Below are positions 20,180-27,838 of a DNA stretch of 64,000 nucleotides, in pieces (position 1 is the first letter of the stretch; each line of letters opens with the position of its first letter). A model generated the notes under the pieces. The model did no database searches. It was not told where the DNA came from and saw only the letters and a program-made list of their open reading frames with translations. The DNA is taken from NCBI GenBank assembly GCA_964478735.1, contig CAYZJB010000012.1, positions 1,269-65,268 of the forward strand, written 5' to 3'. The stretch comes from an uncultured Bacteroidota bacterium (GTDB lineage Bacteria > CLD3 > SB21). Made by a program: the position numbers and the translations under genes.

Positions 20180-20578
20180 ATGATCATACGTGAAAAAAAA
20201 CATCGGCTGCCGCAAATCGCATACGAAGGATTCGTCATCGTTTCATTTACGATATGTGTGAAAAACAGGTATCCCTTGTTCAACGAACGCGAGACGACCA
20301 GTGTTTTCGCTGACATTCTGTTGACGGAAGCCGGTCGGTTTGAATCTCTCGTCATCATTTACCTCTTCATGCCCGACCATCTCCATTTGGTTCTGCAGGG
20401 AAACTCGGATACGGCTCGGCCTTTGAAAGCGGTCAACGGCTTCAAGCAAAAAACAGGTTATTGGCTATCAAAGCATCGCGTCAATGCGGCCTGGCAGAAA
20501 GGTTTTTACGATCGGATTCTAAGAGACGAAAGCGACCTCGTGACGTGCGTTGATTACATCCTAAATAGTTCTCACTGA
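20180..20578 (+). CDS. REP-associated tyrosine transposase (RayT) / IS200-like HUH (Y1) transposase, probably C-terminally shortened.
   Basis: The HuH motif is in LFMPDHLHLVLQ. The catalytic-Tyr region is WQKGFYDRILRDE...DYILN. The protein ends right after DYILNSSH, where RayT proteins normally continue as YI-x-NP... Confidence 0.75.
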   Translation: MIIREKKHRLPQIAYEGFVIVSFTICVKNRYPLFNERETTSVFADILLTEAGRFESLVIIYLFMPDHLHLVLQGNSDTARPLKAVNGFKQKTGYWLSKHRVNAAWQKGFYDRILRDESDLVTCVDYILNSSH

Positions 20579-21327
20579 GCTTTGCCCTGGCCTATGCGGC
20601 GTTGGCCGAGGCCTGTGCCAACATGTATCTATGGTATGACGGCGACCCCCAGTGGTTGGGCAAAACGATCGAAATGAATCAAAAGGCTCTCAGGGTTCAA
20701 CCCGACCTGCAGGAAGCGCAATTCGGCATCGCCATGGTGTATCTGTATCAAAAGCGTTTTGCTGAAGCGAAAAAAACACTGGAACGCATCATACAGAAGA
20801 TGCCCGATTCGTACGACGCCGTTCGGTGGATGGGAATTATCTCCGACATCATTGGCAATTACGATGCTGCCGTCGAGTATTATCAACAGGCCGCGAAAAT
20901 AAAGCCCTACAGTGAAGAGCCGTGGATGCATCTCGACATGACCTTTCGCCGCATGGGCAATGAAGAAGCGTCGAACGAAGCGGCGAAAAAGATAATTGAA
21001 ATCGGCGCGAGAAAATACGCGGTGAATCCCAACGATGTGCTCACCCTCAGCCGAATGGCCATTCCGTATGCCCGTTTCGGCGACAGGGACAAAGCCCTGG
21101 CAGCCATTCAGCGCGTGTTGGAGATTGCCCCGGAGGACGGCCTTGCGTTGTACAACTGCGCGTGCACGTACACGGGGTTGAGTCAAAGGAACGAAGCCTT
21201 GACCATCCTGCGAAGATCACTCGAAATCGGCGGCAATGTTGTTCGCGAATGGGTCAAGACCGACCCCTATTTTGATTCGCTACGCGGGGAAACGGATTTT
21301 GAAACGCTACTTGCAGAATTTGCGTGA
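20567..21327 (+). pseudogene. C-terminal TPR fragment of a paralogous Ser/Thr-kinase-TPR gene. The 5' part was replaced by the RayT insertion.
   Basis: The frame opens immediately after the RayT stop, mid TPR repeat (FSLSFALAYAALAEACANMYLW...), with no plausible start. The C-terminal end ...WVKTDPYFDSLRGETDFETLLAEFA parallels the end of the downstream kinase (...WLKIDPTWEPLRNHKRFQKLIAQAD). Confidence 0.6.
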
Positions 21328-21351
21328 AAGCGATAACCCGGTGAGGATGAG

Positions 21352-21475
21352 ATGATTGGTACTACAATTTCCCACTGCAACATTCTCGAAAAACTCGGCG
21401 AACCAACCCCACCCCTGCCCCTCCCCTTGCTAAGGGGAGGGCGAGGGAGGGGTTGCGGGAGGCGTCGCCTATGAT
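21352..21475 (+). other. 40-codon upstream ORF. Its first 17 codons duplicate the kinase N-terminus, read through the GC-rich palindrome, and end in a TGA that overlaps the kinase ATG (ATGA).
   Basis: The uORF starts MIGTTISHCNILEKLGE and the kinase starts MIGQAISHYKILEKLGE. Of the 17 codons, 11 differ only at synonymous positions and 4 are non-synonymous. The uORF continues PTPPLPLPLLRGGRGRGCGRRRL and then stops. Confidence 0.3.
21404..21456. repeat. GC-rich imperfect palindrome (REP-like element): CCCCACCCCTGCCCCTCCCC-TTGCTAA-GGGGAGGGCGAGGGAGGGGTTG.
   Basis: Inverted repeat with stems of about 20 nt. The left arm recurs at 8717-8741. It lies about 0.8 kb from the RayT gene. Confidence 0.5.
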
Positions 21476-24107
21476 CGGACAAGCCATCTCGCATTATAAA
21501 ATCCTTGAGAAGCTCGGAGAGGGCGGGATGGGCGTGGTGTACAAGGCCCAGGACACCAAACTCGATCGCGTCGTCGCGCTGAAATTCCTGCCCCATTTTT
21601 TGACATCCAGCGAGACGGAGCGTGCACGGTTCCTCCAGGAAGCCAAAGCGGCCTCGGCGCTCAATCATCCGAATGTCTGTACGATCTACGGCATCGAGGA
21701 ACACGGCGGACAACCGTTCATCGAAATGGAACTGGTCGAGGGCGTGACACTCAAGCATAAATTTTCCGAATCGCCATTGAAGATCCAGGATGCGATCGGC
21801 TATGCCGTTCAGATCGGCGAAGCGCTTCAGGAAGCGCATACGAAAGGCATCGTCCACCGCGATGTGAAGTCCGAGAACATCATGGTCAATTCCAAAAACC
21901 AGATCAAGGTGATGGATTTTGGTCTCGCGAAACTTCGAGGTTCGGCGAAGCTGACTCAATCTTCAAGTACGACGGGAACGCTGGCATACATGGCGCCAGA
22001 GCAAATTCAGGGCGCAGATGTGGACGCACGAGCGGATATTTTTTCATTCGGCGTCGTGCTGTACGAAATGTTGGCCGGCCAGACACCGTTTCGCGGCGAG
22101 CATGAGGCCGCGATGATGTATTCGATCGTGAATGAAGAGCCCCAGCCGATTCAAAAATTCCGCGACGGCGTGTCCTCGGAACTCCTTCACATCTTGAATC
22201 GCGCGCTGGAAAAGGATCCTGAAGACCGTTATCAGACGGTCAAAGACATGACGATCGATCTGCGCCGCCTGAAAAAAGATTCGACACGAGTCGTTCGGCT
22301 CCCGGAAATTCAAGCATCAGGCGGATCCGTCCCGCGATTGTACATCATCAAGAACCTGCCGGTGAAATATGCCGTCGGACTGGGAATAACGATCGTGGTA
22401 CTCACGGCGTTTCTTTTCAGAGATAAGTTGTTTCCCGGTCTGAGCCGGACGCCCGACAAGAAAATGATCGTTGTGTTGCCATTTGAAAATCTCGGACCGA
22501 ACGACAAGGACTATTTCGTCGACGGGATGACGGATGAAGTTACCAGCCGTTTGTCGGGCCTCTCGGAACTGGGCGTGATAGCCCGTTCGAGCGCGTCGCA
22601 GTACCGGCAAACCACGAAATCGTTCAGGCAAATCGGCGAGGAATTGGGCGTGCAGTTTATCCTGCAGAGCACGGTACGGTGGGAAACCATCGACGGAGTA
22701 ACGCACGTGCGCGTCAATCCCTCGTTGATCAACGTCGACGACGGTACGCAAAAATGGTCGCAGTCCATGGAGTCTGTCATGTCCGGCGCGTTCAAACTGC
22801 AGTCGGACATCGCGACGCGCGTGGCGTCGGCTCTTGACGTCGTCCTGTTGAAATCGGAAAGGCAAAATTTGGAAACGACGTTGACCAAAAACGCGGAAGC
22901 CTACGACTATTATCTGCAGGCCATCCGCTACGGGAGAAGCGATGCGATTGCCGATATGACGATCGGGATCCAGCTTCTGGAACGTGCCATCGCCATCGAT
23001 CCAAACTTCGCCGCTGCGTATGCGAAGTTGTCGTATCTCCATTCCAACCTGTACTGGTTCTATTATGACCGTTCCGAAGCTCGCGTCGAACGTTCCCGCA
23101 TCGCGGCTGAAAAAGCCGTGGAGATCGCTCCGGGACTGTCGGAATCCCACGAAGCGATGGGGTGGTACTATTATCATGGGAAACTGGATTACCCGCGCGC
23201 ACTCGAACACTTCGATCTCGCCCTGAAGTATCGCCCGAGCAATTCGGAAATTCATTACGGCATTGCCGCGGTGCTGCGACGGATGGGCGACATGCAACGA
23301 TCGGTGGAATCCTTCCAGCGAGCCGTCGTCGGAAATCCACGCGAAGCGATCATCATACGTCAGATGGCCGAGACGATGGGTCTCCAGCGCGACTATGAAG
23401 AGGCGACGCTCCAATTCGATCGGGCGCTGCACCTCACACCGGACGACCGCGACATTTACCTGAACAAAATCGAAACCCTTTTGCAATGGAAGGGCGATAT
23501 CGAAGGCGCCCGTCGTATTCTCGACGATGCGCGTCGATTTGGAAAAACGGGAATCGACAGCGAGCGACTCCATTTTATCAGCTATTATATCTCGTTGATG
23601 GAAAAGGATTTTGAAGCCGCCGGACAGGCGCTGGGTCGGATGAAGACGTCCGGGTTTGGTGACCAATTCCAATACTATCCGAGACCATTGCTTCACGCCC
23701 ATCTGGAACGGCAGCGAGGGAATCCTACCATGGCCCACGCCTATTATGATAGCGCGAGAGTACTCCTGGAGAAGGACCGAAACGACCGCCCGAACGACGA
23801 ACGCGTACATAGCGCTCTGGGCATTGCGTACGCCGGATTGGGCCGGACCGACGATGCCGTGCGATCCGGTTTGAAGGGCGTCGAATGGCTTCCCGTCGAG
23901 AAGGAAGCCTGGCGGGGATCGTACCGGTTGATCGACATGGCCAATATTTACACGATGACCGGAAACGCGGACAAGGCGATCGACATACTGGAACGTTTGC
24001 TCGTTATTCCGGCGCCGATGTCGGTTCCATGGCTCAAAATCGATCCGACGTGGGAACCGCTTCGGAACCACAAGCGATTTCAAAAACTCATAGCTCAGGC
24101 GGATTGA
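21471..24107 (+). CDS. Transmembrane Ser/Thr protein kinase with a periplasmic TolB-N-like domain and C-terminal TPR repeats.
   Basis: Kinase motifs are GEGGMGVVYKA, VALKFL, HRDVKSENIMV, DFGLAK and GTLAYMAPE. The TM segment is VGLGITIVVLTAFLF. The motif MIVVLPFENLGPNDKDYFVDGMTDEVTSRLS is TolB-like. TPR repeats run to the end. The ORF track start at 21453 is an upstream TTG. Confidence 0.9.
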   Translation: MIGQAISHYKILEKLGEGGMGVVYKAQDTKLDRVVALKFLPHFLTSSETERARFLQEAKAASALNHPNVCTIYGIEEHGGQPFIEMELVEGVTLKHKFSESPLKIQDAIGYAVQIGEALQEAHTKGIVHRDVKSENIMVNSKNQIKVMDFGLAKLRGSAKLTQSSSTTGTLAYMAPEQIQGADVDARADIFSFGVVLYEMLAGQTPFRGEHEAAMMYSIVNEEPQPIQKFRDGVSSELLHILNRALEKDPEDRYQTVKDMTIDLRRLKKDSTRVVRLPEIQASGGSVPRLYIIKNLPVKYAVGLGITIVVLTAFLFRDKLFPGLSRTPDKKMIVVLPFENLGPNDKDYFVDGMTDEVTSRLSGLSELGVIARSSASQYRQTTKSFRQIGEELGVQFILQSTVRWETIDGVTHVRVNPSLINVDDGTQKWSQSMESVMSGAFKLQSDIATRVASALDVVLLKSERQNLETTLTKNAEAYDYYLQAIRYGRSDAIADMTIGIQLLERAIAIDPNFAAAYAKLSYLHSNLYWFYYDRSEARVERSRIAAEKAVEIAPGLSESHEAMGWYYYHGKLDYPRALEHFDLALKYRPSNSEIHYGIAAVLRRMGDMQRSVESFQRAVVGNPREAIIIRQMAETMGLQRDYEEATLQFDRALHLTPDDRDIYLNKIETLLQWKGDIEGARRILDDARRFGKTGIDSERLHFISYYISLMEKDFEAAGQALGRMKTSGFGDQFQYYPRPLLHAHLERQRGNPTMAHAYYDSARVLLEKDRNDRPNDERVHSALGIAYAGLGRTDDAVRSGLKGVEWLPVEKEAWRGSYRLIDMANIYTMTGNADKAIDILERLLVIPAPMSVPWLKIDPTWEPLRNHKRFQKLIAQAD

Positions 24108-24180
24108 CACGAGATTGACCGGTATTCGTCGACATAGTAGTCCAGACATTTCATCCATTTTGTATGCCCACCCGACGTTG

Positions 24181-24597
24181 TCAATTATATCTCCGACAGG
24201 ATAGACTTTCCCATCGATGCCGAAGGCATCGAACGAAATTAGACAAAAGAATCAGCAGTCCACACGCTGGACAGATTGCTTTCACCGAACCTGACGTGGC
24301 CGAATTTTTTCGGTCCCGGAGTAGCCACGCCTCGAAGCGTTTGGAGCAGACCAAATTGGTTCGTTGCCAAATGACCATCAATGCCTCCACAAGCTCCGTG
24401 TCCTTATACTGAGACTTGCGTCCCGGTTTTTTCCCCGCCGAATGCACACCTTCGCGATGAAGCAACCGAATCGCACTCTTACCATGCAGGCCTATAACCT
24501 TTACAAAGACGGCCGCCAAATACCGCCTGCGAACGGCCTCGACATACTCCAGTTTCGCTTTCGTGCTCACAATACGTGCTCCTTTCCTTGGTAACAC
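24181..24597 (-). pseudogene. N-terminal about 95 aa of an ISAzo13-like (ISNCY group) DDE transposase. The rest is deleted, leaving an IS stump.
   Basis: The sequence KAKLEYVEAVRRRYLAAVFVKVIGLHGKSAIRLLH...GKKPGRKSQYKDTELVEALMVIWQRTNLVCSKR matches the conserved N-terminal HTH region of ISAzo13-family transposases. The reading frame then degenerates. Confidence 0.55.
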
Positions 24598-24736
24598 ATA
24601 TTATGACGCAACGACCCAATTTCAGCCCTCGGTAACAATAATAATTAGGAGTCAATTCGAGACCGCATCCAAACGGGTTTTCCGGTTGACTCGCCGGGTT
24701 TTTTTTAATAGCTTGCGGCCTCGTTATGGTAACGCA

Positions 24737-25618
24737 ATGAAAAATAAATCGACGGTTGTCGTACTCATACTCTTCGGATTCTGTTTGATCAGCGCTCTGT
24801 TCGTTTTTCTGTTCAGCCTGAGCGATATAGAGTTTACCGTCCGCGATCACGTCGCACTGGTGGAAGTTGAAGGAACGATTGAAGACGGTCGGGACGTCGT
24901 GCGGCAGTTGAAAAAATACAAGGACGACGCTTCGGTCGTGGCCGTGGTACTCCGCATCGAAAGCCCGGGCGGGGGCATCACGCCGTCGCAGGAAATTTTT
25001 GAAATGGTCCGCCACGTCCGTGAGTCGGGTAAACCGGTGGTCGCCAGCATGGGCAGTGTCGCCGCGTCCGGCGGGTACTATATTGCGTGTCCGGCCGATA
25101 CGATCGTGGCGAATCCGGGAACGATCACGGGCAGCATCGGCGTGATCATTCAGTATCCCACCGTCGATGGTCTTCTCGATAAGATTGGAATCCGGTTTAC
25201 AACGCTGAAGGCCGGAAAATTCAAAGATGCATTGAGTCCGTATCGGGAAATGACCCGCGAAGAATCCGATTTTCTACAATCTTTTGTCTTCGACGCTTAT
25301 GAACAGTTCATCCACGCCGTGGCATCGGAAAGAGACCTCGACACGGCGCGACTGGCGGAATGGGCGGAGGGCAAGGTTTTTACGGGTGCGCAGGCCCATC
25401 AGCTCGGCCTTGTCGACGTGCTCGGCACGTACGAAGACGCGATCCAACTCGCGTGGACGATGGCCGGTAAGACCGGCGAGCCCAACGTGACGCGCGAGCG
25501 CAAGCGTCGCCCAAGTTTTTTTGAACTGCTGTTCGAAGAAGATGCGGAAAATGCCGGCCACGCACTGTTGCCGTCCTTCCGCAGCTATCCCGTTGTGAGT
25601 TATAAATATGGCTTCTGA
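24737..25618 (+). CDS. sppA: Signal peptide peptidase SppA (S49 family, 36K type).
   Basis: ATG at about 24737 (MKNKSTVVVLILFGF...). The S49 motifs GSVAASGGYYIA and KAGKFKDALSP are present. The track ORF start upstream is a TTG. Confidence 0.85.
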   Translation: MKNKSTVVVLILFGFCLISALFVFLFSLSDIEFTVRDHVALVEVEGTIEDGRDVVRQLKKYKDDASVVAVVLRIESPGGGITPSQEIFEMVRHVRESGKPVVASMGSVAASGGYYIACPADTIVANPGTITGSIGVIIQYPTVDGLLDKIGIRFTTLKAGKFKDALSPYREMTREESDFLQSFVFDAYEQFIHAVASERDLDTARLAEWAEGKVFTGAQAHQLGLVDVLGTYEDAIQLAWTMAGKTGEPNVTRERKRRPSFFELLFEEDAENAGHALLPSFRSYPVVSYKYGF

Positions 25619-25931
25619 AACGATCAATCTCACCAAAGCGGAAATCATTTCACGGATCAGCGAAGCCGTGGGCCTGACGCGTATCGAAACGGAGGCCGTG
25701 GTCAACGCCTTCATCGTCGTCATCAATGACGCACTTAAAAAAGGACAGGAAGTCGAGATCCGCGGATTGGGCAGTTTCCGGATCATCGAGCGCGAACCGC
25801 GCCTCGCCCGAAACCCGAAAACGGGCGAAAAGATCCAATTGCCGCGCCGCCGGGTACCCCAGTTCCGTCCATCCAAAGATCTGCGCAAATCGGTCAATGA
25901 AAACATTCAAACCTTATCAGATAACCCTTAA
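25608..25931 (+). CDS. HU / IHF-family nucleoid-associated DNA-binding protein.
   Basis: 107 aa. The HU fold signature is GLGSFRIIEREPRLARNPKTGEKIQLP. It overlaps the sppA stop by 11 nt. Confidence 0.85.
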   Translation: MASETINLTKAEIISRISEAVGLTRIETEAVVNAFIVVINDALKKGQEVEIRGLGSFRIIEREPRLARNPKTGEKIQLPRRRVPQFRPSKDLRKSVNENIQTLSDNP

Positions 25932-25945
25932 CCACGGAGGACAGC

Positions 25946-26041
25946 ATGCCTTGTGGACGCAAGCGTAAGCGTCGGAAAATGGCGACGCACAAACGCAAAA
26001 AGCGACTGCGACGGGACCGCCATAAGAAAAAGAACCGTTAA
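25946..26041 (+). CDS. 31-aa highly basic peptide (MPCGRKRKRRKMATHKRKKRLRRDRHKKKNR), like the bS22 / AURKAIP1-type small ribosomal proteins.
   Basis: A GGAGG RBS lies 6 nt upstream of the ATG. The Arg/Lys pattern R-R-K-x-M-x-x-x-K-R-K-K-R-L-R-R-x-R resembles mycobacterial bS22. The ORF track instead lists a 110-aa ORF in another frame (25953-26285). Confidence 0.45.
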   Translation: MPCGRKRKRRKMATHKRKKRLRRDRHKKKNR

Positions 26042-26091
26042 TTTCGTCAATTCAACCTCGTCGGTGCTCGCCGGCGAGGTTTTCTGTTTAT

Positions 26092-26826
26092 ATGAACCCT
26101 CGCAACATCAAAATTACCATCGAATACGACGGTACGGATTTCAGCGGATGGCAGTTTCAACCGCATGCACGCACCGTTCAGGGTACTCTGCAGGACGCAA
26201 TTCTGCAAATCACGCAGGAAGATGTCGTCGTCGAGGGAGCGGGACGAACCGATGCCGGTGTACATGCGAGGGCCCAGGTCGGTAATTTCAAAATTGTCAA
26301 ATCCATCGAACCGGCAGACTTGGCCAAAGGATTGAACGCCGTTTTACCTCACGACGTCCGGATCGTCGGCATCGACGAGGTCCCTCTCGACTTTCACGCC
26401 CGCTTTTCCGCTAAAGAACGGCGTTATCGCTATACCATTTCCCACCGCCCGACGGCATTATTACGAAACCACGTCTGGCATTATCCGCATGCGCTTGACG
26501 TCGAACGGATGATCCAAGCATGTCGGTTTTTGATCGGCGAAAAAAACTTCCGCTCGTTTTGCCTGTCCGAAGCCGAGGTCAATCATTATCGCTGCGACGT
26601 TCGCCATGCCGCGTGGATGCAGGAAAGCCTGATGCTGTATTTTGACATACACGCCAATCGGTTTTTACACAACATGGTACGTTGTCTCGTCGGGACGTTC
26701 GTTCAAATCGGAAGAGGAAAGATGGCGGTTGAGGAAATTCCCGTCATCCTGGAAAAAGAAGACCGTCGTCTGGCGGGTTTTACGGCGCCGGCGAAAGGAT
26801 TATGCCTGGAGTCCGTCATTTATTAA
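26092..26826 (+). CDS. truA: tRNA pseudouridine(38-40) synthase TruA.
   Basis: The N-terminus IEYDGTDFSGWQ is the TruA signature, and RTDAGVHA contains the catalytic Asp. Confidence 0.9.
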   Translation: MNPRNIKITIEYDGTDFSGWQFQPHARTVQGTLQDAILQITQEDVVVEGAGRTDAGVHARAQVGNFKIVKSIEPADLAKGLNAVLPHDVRIVGIDEVPLDFHARFSAKERRYRYTISHRPTALLRNHVWHYPHALDVERMIQACRFLIGEKNFRSFCLSEAEVNHYRCDVRHAAWMQESLMLYFDIHANRFLHNMVRCLVGTFVQIGRGKMAVEEIPVILEKEDRRLAGFTAPAKGLCLESVIY

Positions 26827-26882
26827 CGCGCGGAAAAAACCCGGTCGAAGGCGCTGTTGATTCGAATGTTTTCGAACATCGG

Positions 26883-27623
26883 TTAAAATTTTACGTCATT
26901 GAGGGTCCAGTCATAATCCAGGTACCCAACCGCTAATTTATCGTCTGCAACGGCCGCGGCGGCATTACGGTCGTCGAGGTACTTTGCAAGAAATTTCCCG
27001 ACCGATCCGTAGTTCCGAATGAAATCTGATTCATACCACTCGAAAATCCGGCTGATTTGTACGCGGCCGGACGATACGGATACTTTTTTTGGATTGTTCA
27101 CAAACCGGCGCGTTTGTTCTTCCATTTGTGCTTGAACCTGCGAACCCCTGTACGCGGCATTGAGAAGGTTGGGACAACCGATGGCGGAACAGACCAGGAC
27201 AAAATGCAGACGTGCGTCGCCAAATTTTGGAAGAAGGATCTGTTTTTCGATCATGTCCAGGCTGTAGGCCTGACCGGCGATACGATGCGTACGCTCCTGG
27301 AAAAAACTCTTGTCCGACCCATTGGTGATCGATTGCGTCGGATAACGATTCAACACGCCTTCAATGGCTGCTGCGTTGTATGCGTTGATCCAGAAAGCCA
27401 GTTGTTCCGGGAATGACATTTCCAGAGGACTCGCTGTCTCCAGGCTTTTCAGATAGCGATCAAACGCCGCCCGATCTCTCGCAAGAACTGCATAATTCAC
27501 ACGCCCGTTATTGTCAACGTGTTTCTTGAGTATTTGATCAAAAAGCGAGTGGTCGAAGGTTTGAGCCTTAACGGACAATATCCCGAACTGGATGCAAATG
27601 AAAACGGTGACTATGCTTGGCAT
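26883..27623 (-). CDS. Secreted DUF547-family protein.
   Basis: Signal peptide, then DUF547-like blocks (AFWINAYNAAAI, LHFVLVCSAIGCPNL, EWYESDF). Confidence 0.65.
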   Translation of the reverse strand: MPSIVTVFICIQFGILSVKAQTFDHSLFDQILKKHVDNNGRVNYAVLARDRAAFDRYLKSLETASPLEMSFPEQLAFWINAYNAAAIEGVLNRYPTQSITNGSDKSFFQERTHRIAGQAYSLDMIEKQILLPKFGDARLHFVLVCSAIGCPNLLNAAYRGSQVQAQMEEQTRRFVNNPKKVSVSSGRVQISRIFEWYESDFIRNYGSVGKFLAKYLDDRNAAAAVADDKLAVGYLDYDWTLNDVKF

Positions 27624-27700
27624 AAGATTTGTTCATTTCCTCAATAGTTGCAATTTCGCAGCTGATGCTATTTGAAAATAAACGATTTAAGAAGCGATCT

Positions 27701-27718
27701 ATTTCAGATTTCTGAAAT
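27701..27718. promoter_or_regulatory. Inverted repeat ATTTCAGA-TT-TCTGAAAT, with a further TTTCTGAAAA half-site 12 nt downstream, in the promoter region of the DUF547 gene.
   Basis: Seen directly. It is a candidate operator for a dimeric regulator. Confidence 0.25.
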
Positions 27719-27793
27719 CATCGCCTCATATTTCTGAAAATTCTCCTGGTTTTCCAGGGTTTAGGGTAAATTGATCGTCACTCGGTCAATTTG

Positions 27794-27836
27794 AAACGTT
27801 GCAGTCTTTCGGGGTTTCTGCAACGTTTTTTATTTT
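27794..27836. terminator. 10-bp stem hairpin (AACGTTGCAG...CTGCAACGTT) followed by a T-rich run, immediately 3' of the lptF/G stop. It looks like a bidirectional intrinsic terminator.
   Basis: Seen directly. The T-run on the plus strand is strong (TTTTTTATTTT). On the minus strand the hairpin is followed by UUUCAAAUU. Confidence 0.45.
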
Positions 27837-27838
27837 CC

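Noticed and set aside
22317-24158. 613-aa minus-strand ORF
   Set aside because: It is entirely antisense to the Ser/Thr kinase gene, which has unmistakable kinase, TolB-like and TPR motifs. Long antisense ORFs of this kind are expected in GC-rich DNA.
25953-26285. 110-aa ORF from the track
   Set aside because: It has no RBS and no features. The same DNA encodes, in another frame, a 31-aa basic peptide with a strong RBS, which is the more plausible gene.
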